This document shows, one piece after another, positions 8,875 to 18,262 of a stretch of 64,000 nt of DNA. The notes under the pieces are model-generated. The model saw only the letters and a program-made list of their open reading frames with translations, had not been told where the DNA came from and did not search any database. Position 1 is the first letter of the stretch. Every line of letters begins with the position of its first letter. The stretch covers positions 12,191 to 76,190 of IMG/VR virus record IMGVR_UViG_3300025978_000012; one strand, written 5' to 3'. The DNA comes from a virus. Both the position numbers and the translations under genes were made by a program.

Positions 8875-11800
8875 TTATTTGTCCTTTTTAGAGTTATCTT
8901 TTTCCCTTGTGGGATTAGAGATATTTTTATTTTTAATATTTTCTTTTTTCTTTTCGGATAGGGATTCGCCTGTCTTTTCAATCGCTTCTCCGGTTACGGG
9001 AACAGTCTCTTTTGCTGACAGTGCATTCGCTAGAATGTCAGCTACTTTTTTTAAGGCATCCCTCATTATTCCACGTTTTCCGCTAGAATCAGATTTTTTT
9101 TGTTGATCCGGTTTTTTTTTGTCTGTTTTCTTTTCATCTGTGTTTTTATTAGATTTTGGTTTCTTTCCTTCTTTTACCGGTTCCCATTTTCCCGGACCGA
9201 CTTTTCGCCATTTGCTGCCATCGGAATATGTATGCACCGCACCGACTTCTGCTTTTTTGGCTTTTTGGAGTTCGGAGAAAAGTAAGTAAGCGGCTTTGTA
9301 CATTTTTTGTTGAGAAGTTCCATTTTTTCTTATTAATTCATTTGGTTTTATTAAATTAAAAATTGACTTTTTGAGAGGGGATTTCTTTTCTTCGTTATTA
9401 TGTTTATCCAATTCTTTTGACATTTTTTCTTTTATGGCATCAAAATCATCGGCATTACTTATTGTTCCTTCGAAATTAGAAACAATTGTTTTTGACGGAA
9501 TATGTTTAATTGAAAATTTAACCTCTCCGGTATTTCCATCAACACTAGAAATTAACGCATATTGATTTGTATTGGAAGCGTTACGGCCAACAGAATTTAT
9601 ATGATTTTTAAATTCTTCTATTTTCGGATTTAATTTACTTAATGCTATTTTTTTATTCTTATGTAACGTAATTTCGCTTTTGTCTGGTTGTTTTTTTGAC
9701 ATTATTTCTCTTGCTTCCGAATGATCTAACCCAAGCAATTCTTTCATGGAATATTTTACACCAGAGGAACTTGTGACTGAAAATTCACTTTTTTTAGCTA
9801 TTCGGGGATTGCCGTTCGGATTTCCGAGTGGTATTTCATCACCTACTTTCAATTTATTCCAATATTCGACTTTGGCTTCTTTTATTTTTTCTTTTTTATT
9901 AAGAGTTGATTCTTCTTTTTTCTTATTTTCTTCTTTTTTGATTTTGTCAATTCCAAGCAATGATTCGATATCATTTGTTTTTTCCTTTATCCATAAATCA
10001 AAATTATCCTGAGACCGATCAAGCCCCCTTCCCCTGAAATCCGCCTGCTTTTTGTTAAAATTACTTCTACCGGCTACTGCCGAAGAAAACATTGAAGATG
10101 CAGATTTCCATATTTTTTCTCTTTCAGATAAATATTCTTTTTGAAAATTTTCTATTATTCCTTCAAGCTTTGTTTCATCAATATCAGGAATATATTTTTT
10201 TATATTTTCTTTAATTTCCTTAGTTACATCTTCAAAATATTTCTTTTCCACTTTTGCTGTATTTGATGGAGACAAATGAACGCTACTATATGCAGATTCT
10301 ACTCTTTTGGATGGGAATTCCACAATTGATTCTTTATTTGTTTCATCTCCATGATGTTTTTTTGAATCAGGATATTCGTAAAGCCAATCACCGCCTCTTC
10401 CTTTCCATCTTTTAATATATTTATGTCCTGGATGTTCCCCAAAATATGCTTTTTGTAATATTTCTTCGTCTTTTATGTACTTGTGCGGACCCGGCCTATC
10501 GGCCTTTTGTATTTTATTATAGATAGCTTTTTGTAAAATATCTGATGATTTCAATAATTCATTAGCATCCAATAATTTTTGAAAATAATCTTTTACATCT
10601 CCTTCAAATTTTATTCTATATCCAATAGCCCCTGCCCCCCCTGTTCTTATATTATTTTTTGACCAATTATCTCCATCCATCCCATTATTTTCAACATTCC
10701 AAATATATTCTTTATTGTCATCAATTAATAAATACGATCCTCCACCATAAATATTCATTGTATCAAAATATACTGTTCCTTTAAGATTTATTTGTTGTTC
10801 TGATTTAAAATATTCCCCTTTGTCTTGAATTAATTTTTCAATTTTTTCTTTTGCTTGATTAAAATTATTTTTTATTTCATTTTCTTTTTTAATTTTTTCT
10901 TGTTTTTCATTATATTGTTTTATTTCATCTTCTGTTGCTTTGCGATAATAATAGTACGATCCCCATTCACCTTCATGGCCTAATGTTTCAAAATATATAG
11001 ACGGCATATTTTCGTCAATTTTAAATGATTTTCCTTGTTTTTCATACACAATAATTGAATTTCCACTTTTTATAGGAATATTCAATTGTGGAGATTTTGA
11101 ATCTGGAAATATAGATTTTCCTCGTCCTTCTTCTTTGTTTTTATTTTCTTGTTCTTGTTTTTTTTCTTTTATAGAATCTAAAATTTTATTTAATTTTTCT
11201 TTTTTTTCTGGATAATTTTCAATTCCTAAAATCTTTAATGTTTGCAATCCTTTTTCATATACATATCCCTTATCTGCGGCTTCTTTCATATATTCAAGAT
11301 AATTATTTATTTTTTCAATATCTTTTTTATTTCTTACTTTAACATGAATTTCTTTTAATTCTTTTAAAAGTTCTTCTACTTTGTTAATTCCTAATTGTTT
11401 TAATCTTTCAACCCCTTTGTCATATATATATCCTTTGTTTGCAGCTTCTCTTACATATCCCATCCATCTGTCTAGTTCTTTTTTGTTTATTTCTGTGTTT
11501 GATTTTTCTTTTATTTCTTCAATTTCATTATCAGAAATAGGATATATTTGTATTTTTACACCATATTTATTTTCTTCTTTATGTTTTAATGCATTGATTG
11601 TAATTTTATCACCAGGTTTAAAATTCTTACTTGAATCGTTAATATATAAATCCATTTGAAAAGTTTTACCAGGATTTACGACTTTAAAATATTTTCTACC
11701 TTGTGAAATAATTTCTAATTCTATCTTTGAAGGTTTTATGTTTTTAAATTGTTCTGGAATATTTTCTGTTTCTTTTTTTTTTACTTTTTCATCTAATTTG

Positions 11801-12843
11801 TCTTCTTCTTCTTTAATTGATTCTTTATTTGTTTCATCTCCATGATGTTTTTTTGAATCAGGATATTCGTAAAGCCAATCACCGCCTTTTCCTTTCCATC
11901 TTTTAATATATTTATGTCCTGGACGTTCCCCAAAAGATGCTTTTTGTAATATTTCTTCGTCGTCTTCTTCCATATGCTTTTCACCACTTTCGCTATATGC
12001 GATAGCGATGGCTTGTTCACGATTTGTTACTATTTTTCCATCACTTGAATGGAGTGTACCTCTTCCGAATTCATGCATTACGGCATCAAATTTATCTTTG
12101 GGGGAAAGTCCTTTTCTTTTTTTAGCTCCCGCGCCCAATTTATTTGAATGTTTATATATGCTTTCTGAAATAGCCTTTTCCATTTTCTCATTCTTTACAA
12201 TATTCATTTTCCCATCTTTGTATTCAAGTGCCATTTTACCATCATTAGAAACAAATTTTTTATGTTCAAAATCCAGTTTTCCACCACGAAAAATAGCACG
12301 ATGTTCCGAACTCATACCTTCAATCGCAATTCTAAATTTTTCATGCAATTTGCTTGGTGTCAACGGACCTTCATCTTTTTCTTTCCCACCCTTCGGGGCT
12401 TCGACATAAGATTTATTTCCATGCCCTGAAACAGGTTCCCAAACTTTATCGCTAACTTTTTTATATTGCTTTCCGTCTCCCCATGTAGCGGTTGTTCCAA
12501 TGGGCATTGCTCTGGCTTTTTCCATTTCATCGTTATTTATTTTAAGAAAAATTTTTTTTCCGTTTTCACTGTACAATTCAATCATTTTCATATTATACGC
12601 CTTTTTCATTAAAATTTCTTTTATTTCAGTAGTATATTTCAAATTTTCATCGATAAGTCCAGCACTTTTTAACTCAAAATAGTATCGTGAATTTTCTTTT
12701 AAATGATCTGCGGCTATTTTAGCCGCCTCTTCTGGTCCCTCGTGATGTTCCATCTCGATTTGTATTCCCATTGCGAATTGAAGTGGATCAAATTTTTTAA
12801 ATTTTGATTTATTTTGTTTTATAAATTCAATAATTTTATTCAT
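8875..12843 (-). CDS. Large modular (polyvalent-type) putative internal head protein with DUF5661-like N-terminus and DUF6496-like domain
   Basis: 1322 aa. GIQIEMEH...IAADHLKE..RYY; VMHEFGRGTLHSS...NREQAIAIAYSE; repeated LxKA sites and repeated PGHKYIKR and KVxxxxWEPV tags. Confidence 0.7.
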   Translation of the reverse strand: MNKIIEFIKQNKSKFKKFDPLQFAMGIQIEMEHHEGPEEAAKIAADHLKENSRYYFELKSAGLIDENLKYTTEIKEILMKKAYNMKMIELYSENGKKIFLKINNDEMEKARAMPIGTTATWGDGKQYKKVSDKVWEPVSGHGNKSYVEAPKGGKEKDEGPLTPSKLHEKFRIAIEGMSSEHRAIFRGGKLDFEHKKFVSNDGKMALEYKDGKMNIVKNEKMEKAISESIYKHSNKLGAGAKKRKGLSPKDKFDAVMHEFGRGTLHSSDGKIVTNREQAIAIAYSESGEKHMEEDDEEILQKASFGERPGHKYIKRWKGKGGDWLYEYPDSKKHHGDETNKESIKEEEDKLDEKVKKKETENIPEQFKNIKPSKIELEIISQGRKYFKVVNPGKTFQMDLYINDSSKNFKPGDKITINALKHKEENKYGVKIQIYPISDNEIEEIKEKSNTEINKKELDRWMGYVREAANKGYIYDKGVERLKQLGINKVEELLKELKEIHVKVRNKKDIEKINNYLEYMKEAADKGYVYEKGLQTLKILGIENYPEKKEKLNKILDSIKEKKQEQENKNKEEGRGKSIFPDSKSPQLNIPIKSGNSIIVYEKQGKSFKIDENMPSIYFETLGHEGEWGSYYYYRKATEDEIKQYNEKQEKIKKENEIKNNFNQAKEKIEKLIQDKGEYFKSEQQINLKGTVYFDTMNIYGGGSYLLIDDNKEYIWNVENNGMDGDNWSKNNIRTGGAGAIGYRIKFEGDVKDYFQKLLDANELLKSSDILQKAIYNKIQKADRPGPHKYIKDEEILQKAYFGEHPGHKYIKRWKGRGGDWLYEYPDSKKHHGDETNKESIVEFPSKRVESAYSSVHLSPSNTAKVEKKYFEDVTKEIKENIKKYIPDIDETKLEGIIENFQKEYLSEREKIWKSASSMFSSAVAGRSNFNKKQADFRGRGLDRSQDNFDLWIKEKTNDIESLLGIDKIKKEENKKKEESTLNKKEKIKEAKVEYWNKLKVGDEIPLGNPNGNPRIAKKSEFSVTSSSGVKYSMKELLGLDHSEAREIMSKKQPDKSEITLHKNKKIALSKLNPKIEEFKNHINSVGRNASNTNQYALISSVDGNTGEVKFSIKHIPSKTIVSNFEGTISNADDFDAIKEKMSKELDKHNNEEKKSPLKKSIFNLIKPNELIRKNGTSQQKMYKAAYLLFSELQKAKKAEVGAVHTYSDGSKWRKVGPGKWEPVKEGKKPKSNKNTDEKKTDKKKPDQQKKSDSSGKRGIMRDALKKVADILANALSAKETVPVTGEAIEKTGESLSEKKKENIKNKNISNPTREKDNSKKDK
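10324..10470. repeat. 147-bp direct repeat, copy 1 (encodes DEEILQKAxFGExPGHKYIKRWKGxGGDWLYEYPDSKKHHGDETNKESI)
   Basis: Matches 11815-11961 with 3 mismatches by eye. Confidence 0.95.
11815..11961. repeat. 147-bp direct repeat, copy 2
   Basis: Offset 1491 bp (497 codons, in frame) from copy 1. Confidence 0.95.
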
Positions 12844-15083
12844 ATTTTTTTATACTCAAATTGATTTGTTTTAGGATTGAATTTTTTAAAAAATGCTTTT
12901 AACATTTGTTCATTTTCTTTAAAAAATTGCTCCATAAGTGGCATTATTTTTTCTTTAAAAATTTCATCAGAAGGATGATTTTTTTTATCATTCCATTGTT
13001 TTAAAATATCATCATTTCCACTTTTTATAGCCCAATATTGCTCCATTGCTCTTGCAAAACACTCTGCCGTTCTATTTTGATATTTCGATTTTTGAGGTTT
13101 TTCCATATTTTTACGAAACAAATAAGCTATTTTACCGGCAATATGATTGGGGTCATCGCTAATGTAATGTCTTTTTGATTTGTTTCCCATATAATAATCC
13201 ATAAAATGTCCCCATTCATGGGATAATATAAATCCTGTTCCTTTTTCACCTGATTCTGTTATTCCTATTGCGTGATAATATGGGAAAAACAAACCACATG
13301 CTTTCCGAGCGTGCATCATTTTTGTACCTGCATGACTTATTTTTAATCCGAAGTTTTTAGCCATTGATGATCTATCTCCAAAAATTTCATAAACTAAATC
13401 AATAGCGTTTTTAATTTCTTTTATTTCTTCTTTTTTTATTTCAGCACCATTTTGACGTTTTACTTTTACTCCATATTTTTCAAGCAAGTCGTTTTTAGTG
13501 CCTTTGTCGCCGTATGAAGTTTCTTCTCCTTTTGCATGAGCGTTATAAAATTCTTCAAGTTGAATCTCCATATCTTCTGTCTTTTGACGTAAATCTTCTC
13601 GTAATTTTTTGTACTCATTCCACATGGATAATGAATAATTTATTTTTTTTTCATTAAAGTCATTCATGAAATTTTGTTGAGCATATGACATTTTGTTTTC
13701 CGGCATTACCATAACGCGGCTTTTCATTCTTTTTCTCAAATATTCATCGTCGTATCTTCCGGGAGATTCACTTTTTATTTTTTCTATTCTTTTATTTATT
13801 TCTTCTTTTCTTTTTTCTTTTATTATTTTAAGCCAATAATCTTGTGTTGCAGCGAGTACATCCCTCGTTACAATTGCATAATTATTCTCACCTTGTATTT
13901 CTTGACTTGTCCCGCGAATATGTTCTCTTGAAGTTTGTATCAAATATTTATTTTCTTCAAGTTTAACAAATAAAAGAATATTCCCATTATATTTAAACCA
14001 ATTTTCATCCACAACCGGGATATAGGAAGGCTTTATCGTATCCATTATTTTCTTTTCAGAAATTAAATAAATATCTTTTGAGGCAACGGCGGTATAATCC
14101 AATGCCGAAACTTCTGAAGGATTACCACCTTTATAAAATGGAATTGTAATTTTCGATTCAATAGGTTTAAAATCAACTATTGGAATACTTATGTTTTCTT
14201 CATTTACAGGTTCAGCACCCATTATTTCACGTTCTTTCTCAAGGCGAGTTTCAGGGGTAACTTCAGTAATTATTTTTGCTATTTTTATATCTTTTTTATT
14301 TTTAATTTCTGATTCTTCTTTTTTTTGTTCTGGTTGTTTTTCAGGCATTGATTCAAAATTGTTGGGTGCTTTTTCTGTTCCTTTTTGTTTCTGTTTGTTA
14401 TTTTGAATACTCCCTCCATACAACTCATTTATAATTTTCATTACTCCGATTTTAAAAGTTGATTTTTTTACTTCGTTGCCAGTAGACGGAGTTGTTTTTT
14501 TCTTCTTTTTGCCATCACTAGGCTTTTTTTCTGCTGTTTCTTTTTTACCGGAGAATACCAATTGCCACTTGGCTTGATTTTTGAAATATTCATCAATATG
14601 CTGTTTCCAACCGTCCCATGTGAGATTGAATTTTTTATCAAGTTGTTGTTCTTTATAATCTTCTGCAATTTTTTTATTTACTTCTTTTGATTCTTTAAAC
14701 CCAAATAAATTAGCGATAATGTCAATCCAAGACGCTTTTGATTGTTGGTGTCCTTTCGGATCAAAATAAAAATAATCCCAACCTTTACCGGATTTTTTAG
14801 GGACGCGTTTGATGTACTTGTGGCCGGGGCGGGGGGAACCGGAGGCTTTGGTCATACCACCTTTTCCATCAGATTTTCTATTTATATATTTATGCCCAGG
14901 TCTCGGACCAATCGCCTTATTTAATTCAACCAATCCAAAATTTTTAAAATAATATTCAGGATCAGATTGAAGTCGTTTTATGGCGGTTATTGAAGCTTGT
15001 TTTGAATCGAAAGTTTTTTGTAATTCAATTTCTATTGCATCACGTAATAGTTGCGGAGAGTAAGAAAGTTTAGAAAAGTCCAT
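12840..15083 (-). CDS. Modular polyvalent-type protein with C-terminal LPD1/zincin-like domain
   Basis: 747 aa. Two RPGHKYI tags after LNKA and MTKA; HEWGHFMDY...ECFARAMEQY. Confidence 0.7.
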   Translation of the reverse strand: MDFSKLSYSPQLLRDAIEIELQKTFDSKQASITAIKRLQSDPEYYFKNFGLVELNKAIGPRPGHKYINRKSDGKGGMTKASGSPRPGHKYIKRVPKKSGKGWDYFYFDPKGHQQSKASWIDIIANLFGFKESKEVNKKIAEDYKEQQLDKKFNLTWDGWKQHIDEYFKNQAKWQLVFSGKKETAEKKPSDGKKKKKTTPSTGNEVKKSTFKIGVMKIINELYGGSIQNNKQKQKGTEKAPNNFESMPEKQPEQKKEESEIKNKKDIKIAKIITEVTPETRLEKEREIMGAEPVNEENISIPIVDFKPIESKITIPFYKGGNPSEVSALDYTAVASKDIYLISEKKIMDTIKPSYIPVVDENWFKYNGNILLFVKLEENKYLIQTSREHIRGTSQEIQGENNYAIVTRDVLAATQDYWLKIIKEKRKEEINKRIEKIKSESPGRYDDEYLRKRMKSRVMVMPENKMSYAQQNFMNDFNEKKINYSLSMWNEYKKLREDLRQKTEDMEIQLEEFYNAHAKGEETSYGDKGTKNDLLEKYGVKVKRQNGAEIKKEEIKEIKNAIDLVYEIFGDRSSMAKNFGLKISHAGTKMMHARKACGLFFPYYHAIGITESGEKGTGFILSHEWGHFMDYYMGNKSKRHYISDDPNHIAGKIAYLFRKNMEKPQKSKYQNRTAECFARAMEQYWAIKSGNDDILKQWNDKKNHPSDEIFKEKIMPLMEQFFKENEQMLKAFFKKFNPKTNQFEYKKI

Positions 15084-15095
15084 TATATAAATCCT

Positions 15096-15353
15096 TTAGT
15101 CATGTTTCCGACAATCAGCAGAAATAACTTTTCCGTATGGAGCGCAATAAAAGCAATCGCAATTCCAGTATCTAACGTCTATTATATTCATGATCTTGCA
15201 ATATAAATTACTTCGTTCTTTCCCTTTTCGATACATTATACATTCTGTTACATGTTCATATTTCAAATCAATCTTACATACATTAAAAACTTTTACACAA
15301 GATTGACAAAGACTTTTATTTGAATCAAGAATAGGGTTCGTAAGTATTGCCAT
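15096..15353 (-). CDS. Cys-rich small hypothetical protein
   Basis: 85 aa with multiple CxxC motifs. Confidence 0.45.
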   Translation of the reverse strand: MAILTNPILDSNKSLCQSCVKVFNVCKIDLKYEHVTECIMYRKGKERSNLYCKIMNIIDVRYWNCDCFYCAPYGKVISADCRKHD

Positions 15354-17373
15354 TTTTTATCCACTCTCTTAATTTTTTTGTATTCGTAGGAATAATTGAT
15401 AGAATATTTTTTTCCCATCCTTGTCGATAATTTGAAAGATACAATTTTCTGGCTTCGTCAAGAGTTTCACATCCCAAAATTATTTTGACTTCATCAAAAA
15501 TATTATTTCTACCCTGATTTATTATGAATACACGACTTGCGCCAATTTTAGGACCGATATAACAATCAATAGGTTCATTGTCTGTGCCATCTGATCCGGT
15601 TATATAACCATAGTGCGCTTTCATTTTTGAGGCCCACGGTTTGCCATCATTGGCTAATCCAAATCGCCAACTTCCCTTGGGATTTTCTATAGAAATATTT
15701 ATATTTTTATAAATTATTTTTCCTTTTTTATAATTTCCATTTTCTTTTTGTTTTTCAGTAGGTTCCACAAATTCCATTTCTTCAAGTTGTTTTTTTACTG
15801 ATTTAATTTCATTTTTTTCGTAGAATATATTTTTAATTATTTCAATTATTTTATCGTTTCGCTGATTGAAATTTACGGCAGTTCCGCCAGCCGCAGTCCA
15901 CGAATCAAGATTCACGGAAGTATCGTCTATTAATATACTTGTTTCATCTATTACATACTCTTCTTTATTATCAGAAAATATAACAGTATATTGCTCCCCA
16001 AAATTTTCTTTGATCCAATAAATTTTATCATGTTTGCAATTATCCATACCAGGACAGGGTGTAGTTAAAAATATAATAATATAATCATCTTTTAATAAAT
16101 TAAATAATTCGCGTCCCTTCTCAATTACCTGAAGATTGCGAAAAAAAGAAGGAACACTTATTACCGCCTGATGTATGGTAAAGGGGTCGTCTTGATAGGC
16201 ATCACGTAAAAATGTATTTTTATATTCTTTTGCAAAATTGCAAACTACTCCATCCATATCAAAAAAAATTTGTTTTCTGTTTGCATAAGGCGTAGCTTTT
16301 TCAAGAGGAGAAAAAATAATTTTATTTTTATTAACCGGTATTATCGCCTTTTCAAATTTTATGTATTGAATTCCATTTTCAACTTTTATAATATTATTAT
16401 TTAAAATTTTACGTGGTATTTCAATATCTTGAATTTTTTCAAGCATTCCCGCTTTACGCAAAAATTGTCCTGTTGCTTTATTGTATCTTGGATTAAGGTA
16501 TTCGAATATGTCATTTTTATTAGATTCCCATATATCGTTTATCATTTTATCATTTGCAATACGTTCGAATACTTTTTGAAGTGATGCAAGACCATTTGGC
16601 TCTTCATATTCAAGAATATTATAAAATGATTTATTAATTAAAATGCTTTTAAGATACCATTTATAGATAGTACAAAACATTTCTTCTGGATCGTGTCGTT
16701 CCCAATCATATTCGTATATAGCGGTTGGTCTAACAATTTTAAATAATGCCTTAAATTTTTCTTTTTCTTCAGATAATACAACTGTACGCCAAAAAAGATG
16801 TCCCATTTCATGTAAACAATTGTCAATATAATTTGATTGACTGTAAATATTTATATTGGCTCCTACAAGCATTGATACAATTTTTTTCTTTTGAAATTCT
16901 TCTGATGGAACAAGAAAATTGAACACTGCCGAATGTGCGGGTAAAAAAATTTCTCCCAAACAAAGTTTTCCAATAATATTATTAAATTGAGATAAACTGA
17001 ATTTACAAGTATTTCCATTGCTATCAATTTCGATCCAATCGGATCGTCCGATAATAGCGAAAGGAATATTTCCTGAAGTTTTATTATAATCTTCTTCATT
17101 TATTTTAACGTCTTCTATAATAACGGCCTTTACCATTTTTTCGATAGGAAAATTACTTTCTTCAGAATCAATAAATTTTCCGTCTTCAAATCCGATGACT
17201 AAATGTTCCTCAACAACAAATGGATTTCCTGAATGGATTGCTTTCAATAATTCAGATTTTTCATAATTTCCGTATGATATTTCATAATCTTTTTCTAATA
17301 TTTTTTTTGCTTTTTCAAGATTTTCATAAGGAATATTTTTTTTTGAAAGCTTAATTATTTCGCTTCTTTCCAT
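15325..17373 (-). CDS. Polyvalent protein: zincin-like HExxH domain, HAD 5'(3')-nucleotidase and inorganic-pyrophosphatase-like (InPase) domain
   Basis: HEMGH...EEMFC; FFDMDGVV...FLTT...ILIDD; GNYKKG...ISIENPKGS...HYGYI...D...PIDCYIGP...FDEVKIILG. Confidence 0.75.
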   Translation of the reverse strand: MERSEIIKLSKKNIPYENLEKAKKILEKDYEISYGNYEKSELLKAIHSGNPFVVEEHLVIGFEDGKFIDSEESNFPIEKMVKAVIIEDVKINEEDYNKTSGNIPFAIIGRSDWIEIDSNGNTCKFSLSQFNNIIGKLCLGEIFLPAHSAVFNFLVPSEEFQKKKIVSMLVGANINIYSQSNYIDNCLHEMGHLFWRTVVLSEEKEKFKALFKIVRPTAIYEYDWERHDPEEMFCTIYKWYLKSILINKSFYNILEYEEPNGLASLQKVFERIANDKMINDIWESNKNDIFEYLNPRYNKATGQFLRKAGMLEKIQDIEIPRKILNNNIIKVENGIQYIKFEKAIIPVNKNKIIFSPLEKATPYANRKQIFFDMDGVVCNFAKEYKNTFLRDAYQDDPFTIHQAVISVPSFFRNLQVIEKGRELFNLLKDDYIIIFLTTPCPGMDNCKHDKIYWIKENFGEQYTVIFSDNKEEYVIDETSILIDDTSVNLDSWTAAGGTAVNFNQRNDKIIEIIKNIFYEKNEIKSVKKQLEEMEFVEPTEKQKENGNYKKGKIIYKNINISIENPKGSWRFGLANDGKPWASKMKAHYGYITGSDGTDNEPIDCYIGPKIGASRVFIINQGRNNIFDEVKIILGCETLDEARKLYLSNYRQGWEKNILSIIPTNTKKLREWIKNGNTYEPYS

Positions 17374-17475
17374 TATTTTATTATACCAATTTCCAAAAAA
17401 TATTAAAATAAGTATATAAATGATTGTTTTTTTTTGTCAATTACTAAAAAAAATTGATAAAAATAATAAAAATGA

Positions 17476-17504
17476 TTGACAATTGACAAGATCAATTATA
17501 TATT
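17476..17504 (+). promoter_or_regulatory. Sigma70-type promoter overlapped by a 15-bp-arm palindrome
   Basis: TTGACA-N17-TATATT; ATTGACAAGATCAAT-tatat-ATTGATCTTGTCAAT at about 17482-17516. Confidence 0.75.
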
Positions 17505-17535
17505 GATCTTGTCAATAAAAAAAAGAGGGTTATTT

Positions 17536-18261
17536 ATGAAAAAAATATTTATTATTATCATATTTTCAATTAGTATTTCAGGCTGCATTAATGATCTTGA
17601 ACCATTAGATCGTTGGCCGCATGGTCGAATTCCATTTGAACTTATAGGTTTTAATGAACACGAAATCAGTATTATCTATTTAAGTATGTTAAGTTGGGAA
17701 ATTGCTTCTTGCGGAAAAATAAAATTTATTGATAAAGCAATTGAAAAAAATAAAAAAGATAAAAAAACAAAAAAACTATATATTATAAAAAATTCAATCA
17801 ACATATCGGCAGAATTAAACTCAACTAGTATGAGTATTGGTTATCATGGAATGAATTCTAATCATGAAAATACAATTATTTTAAATGAAGTTTTAAAGAA
17901 TAATGTAGAACATGAACTTGGGCATGTTCTTGGCTTAGAGCATGAACATCAACGCCCGGATATATCTACATTAATTATATGGGAAAACATACCAAATAGT
18001 TTACTCTTTAAATTTCAATTCATTCCAATTGAGCCAACATTATATGATTATAAAAAATATCCGTATGATCCAATATCAATAATGCATTATCCAGCAACCC
18101 TACTAATAGACGGAAAAGATATTAAAATTTTTAATGATCCTGAAAATAAAATACATGGAGAAGAATCAATAAGTCCAATTGATTCACAAAAAATTTATGA
18201 TATTTATAATGCAAATCAAGATTCTAAAACTAAATATAATACAGGACATTGGGCAGAATAA
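17536..18261 (+). CDS. Astacin-family (M12A) zinc metalloprotease lipoprotein
   Basis: Signal MKKIFIIIIFSISISGC (lipobox), HELGHVLGLEHEHQRPD zinc motif, Met-turn SIMHY; RBS AGAGGG before ATG 17536. Confidence 0.85.
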   Translation: MKKIFIIIIFSISISGCINDLEPLDRWPHGRIPFELIGFNEHEISIIYLSMLSWEIASCGKIKFIDKAIEKNKKDKKTKKLYIIKNSINISAELNSTSMSIGYHGMNSNHENTIILNEVLKNNVEHELGHVLGLEHEHQRPDISTLIIWENIPNSLLFKFQFIPIEPTLYDYKKYPYDPISIMHYPATLLIDGKDIKIFNDPENKIHGEESISPIDSQKIYDIYNANQDSKTKYNTGHWAE

Positions 18262-18262
18262 T

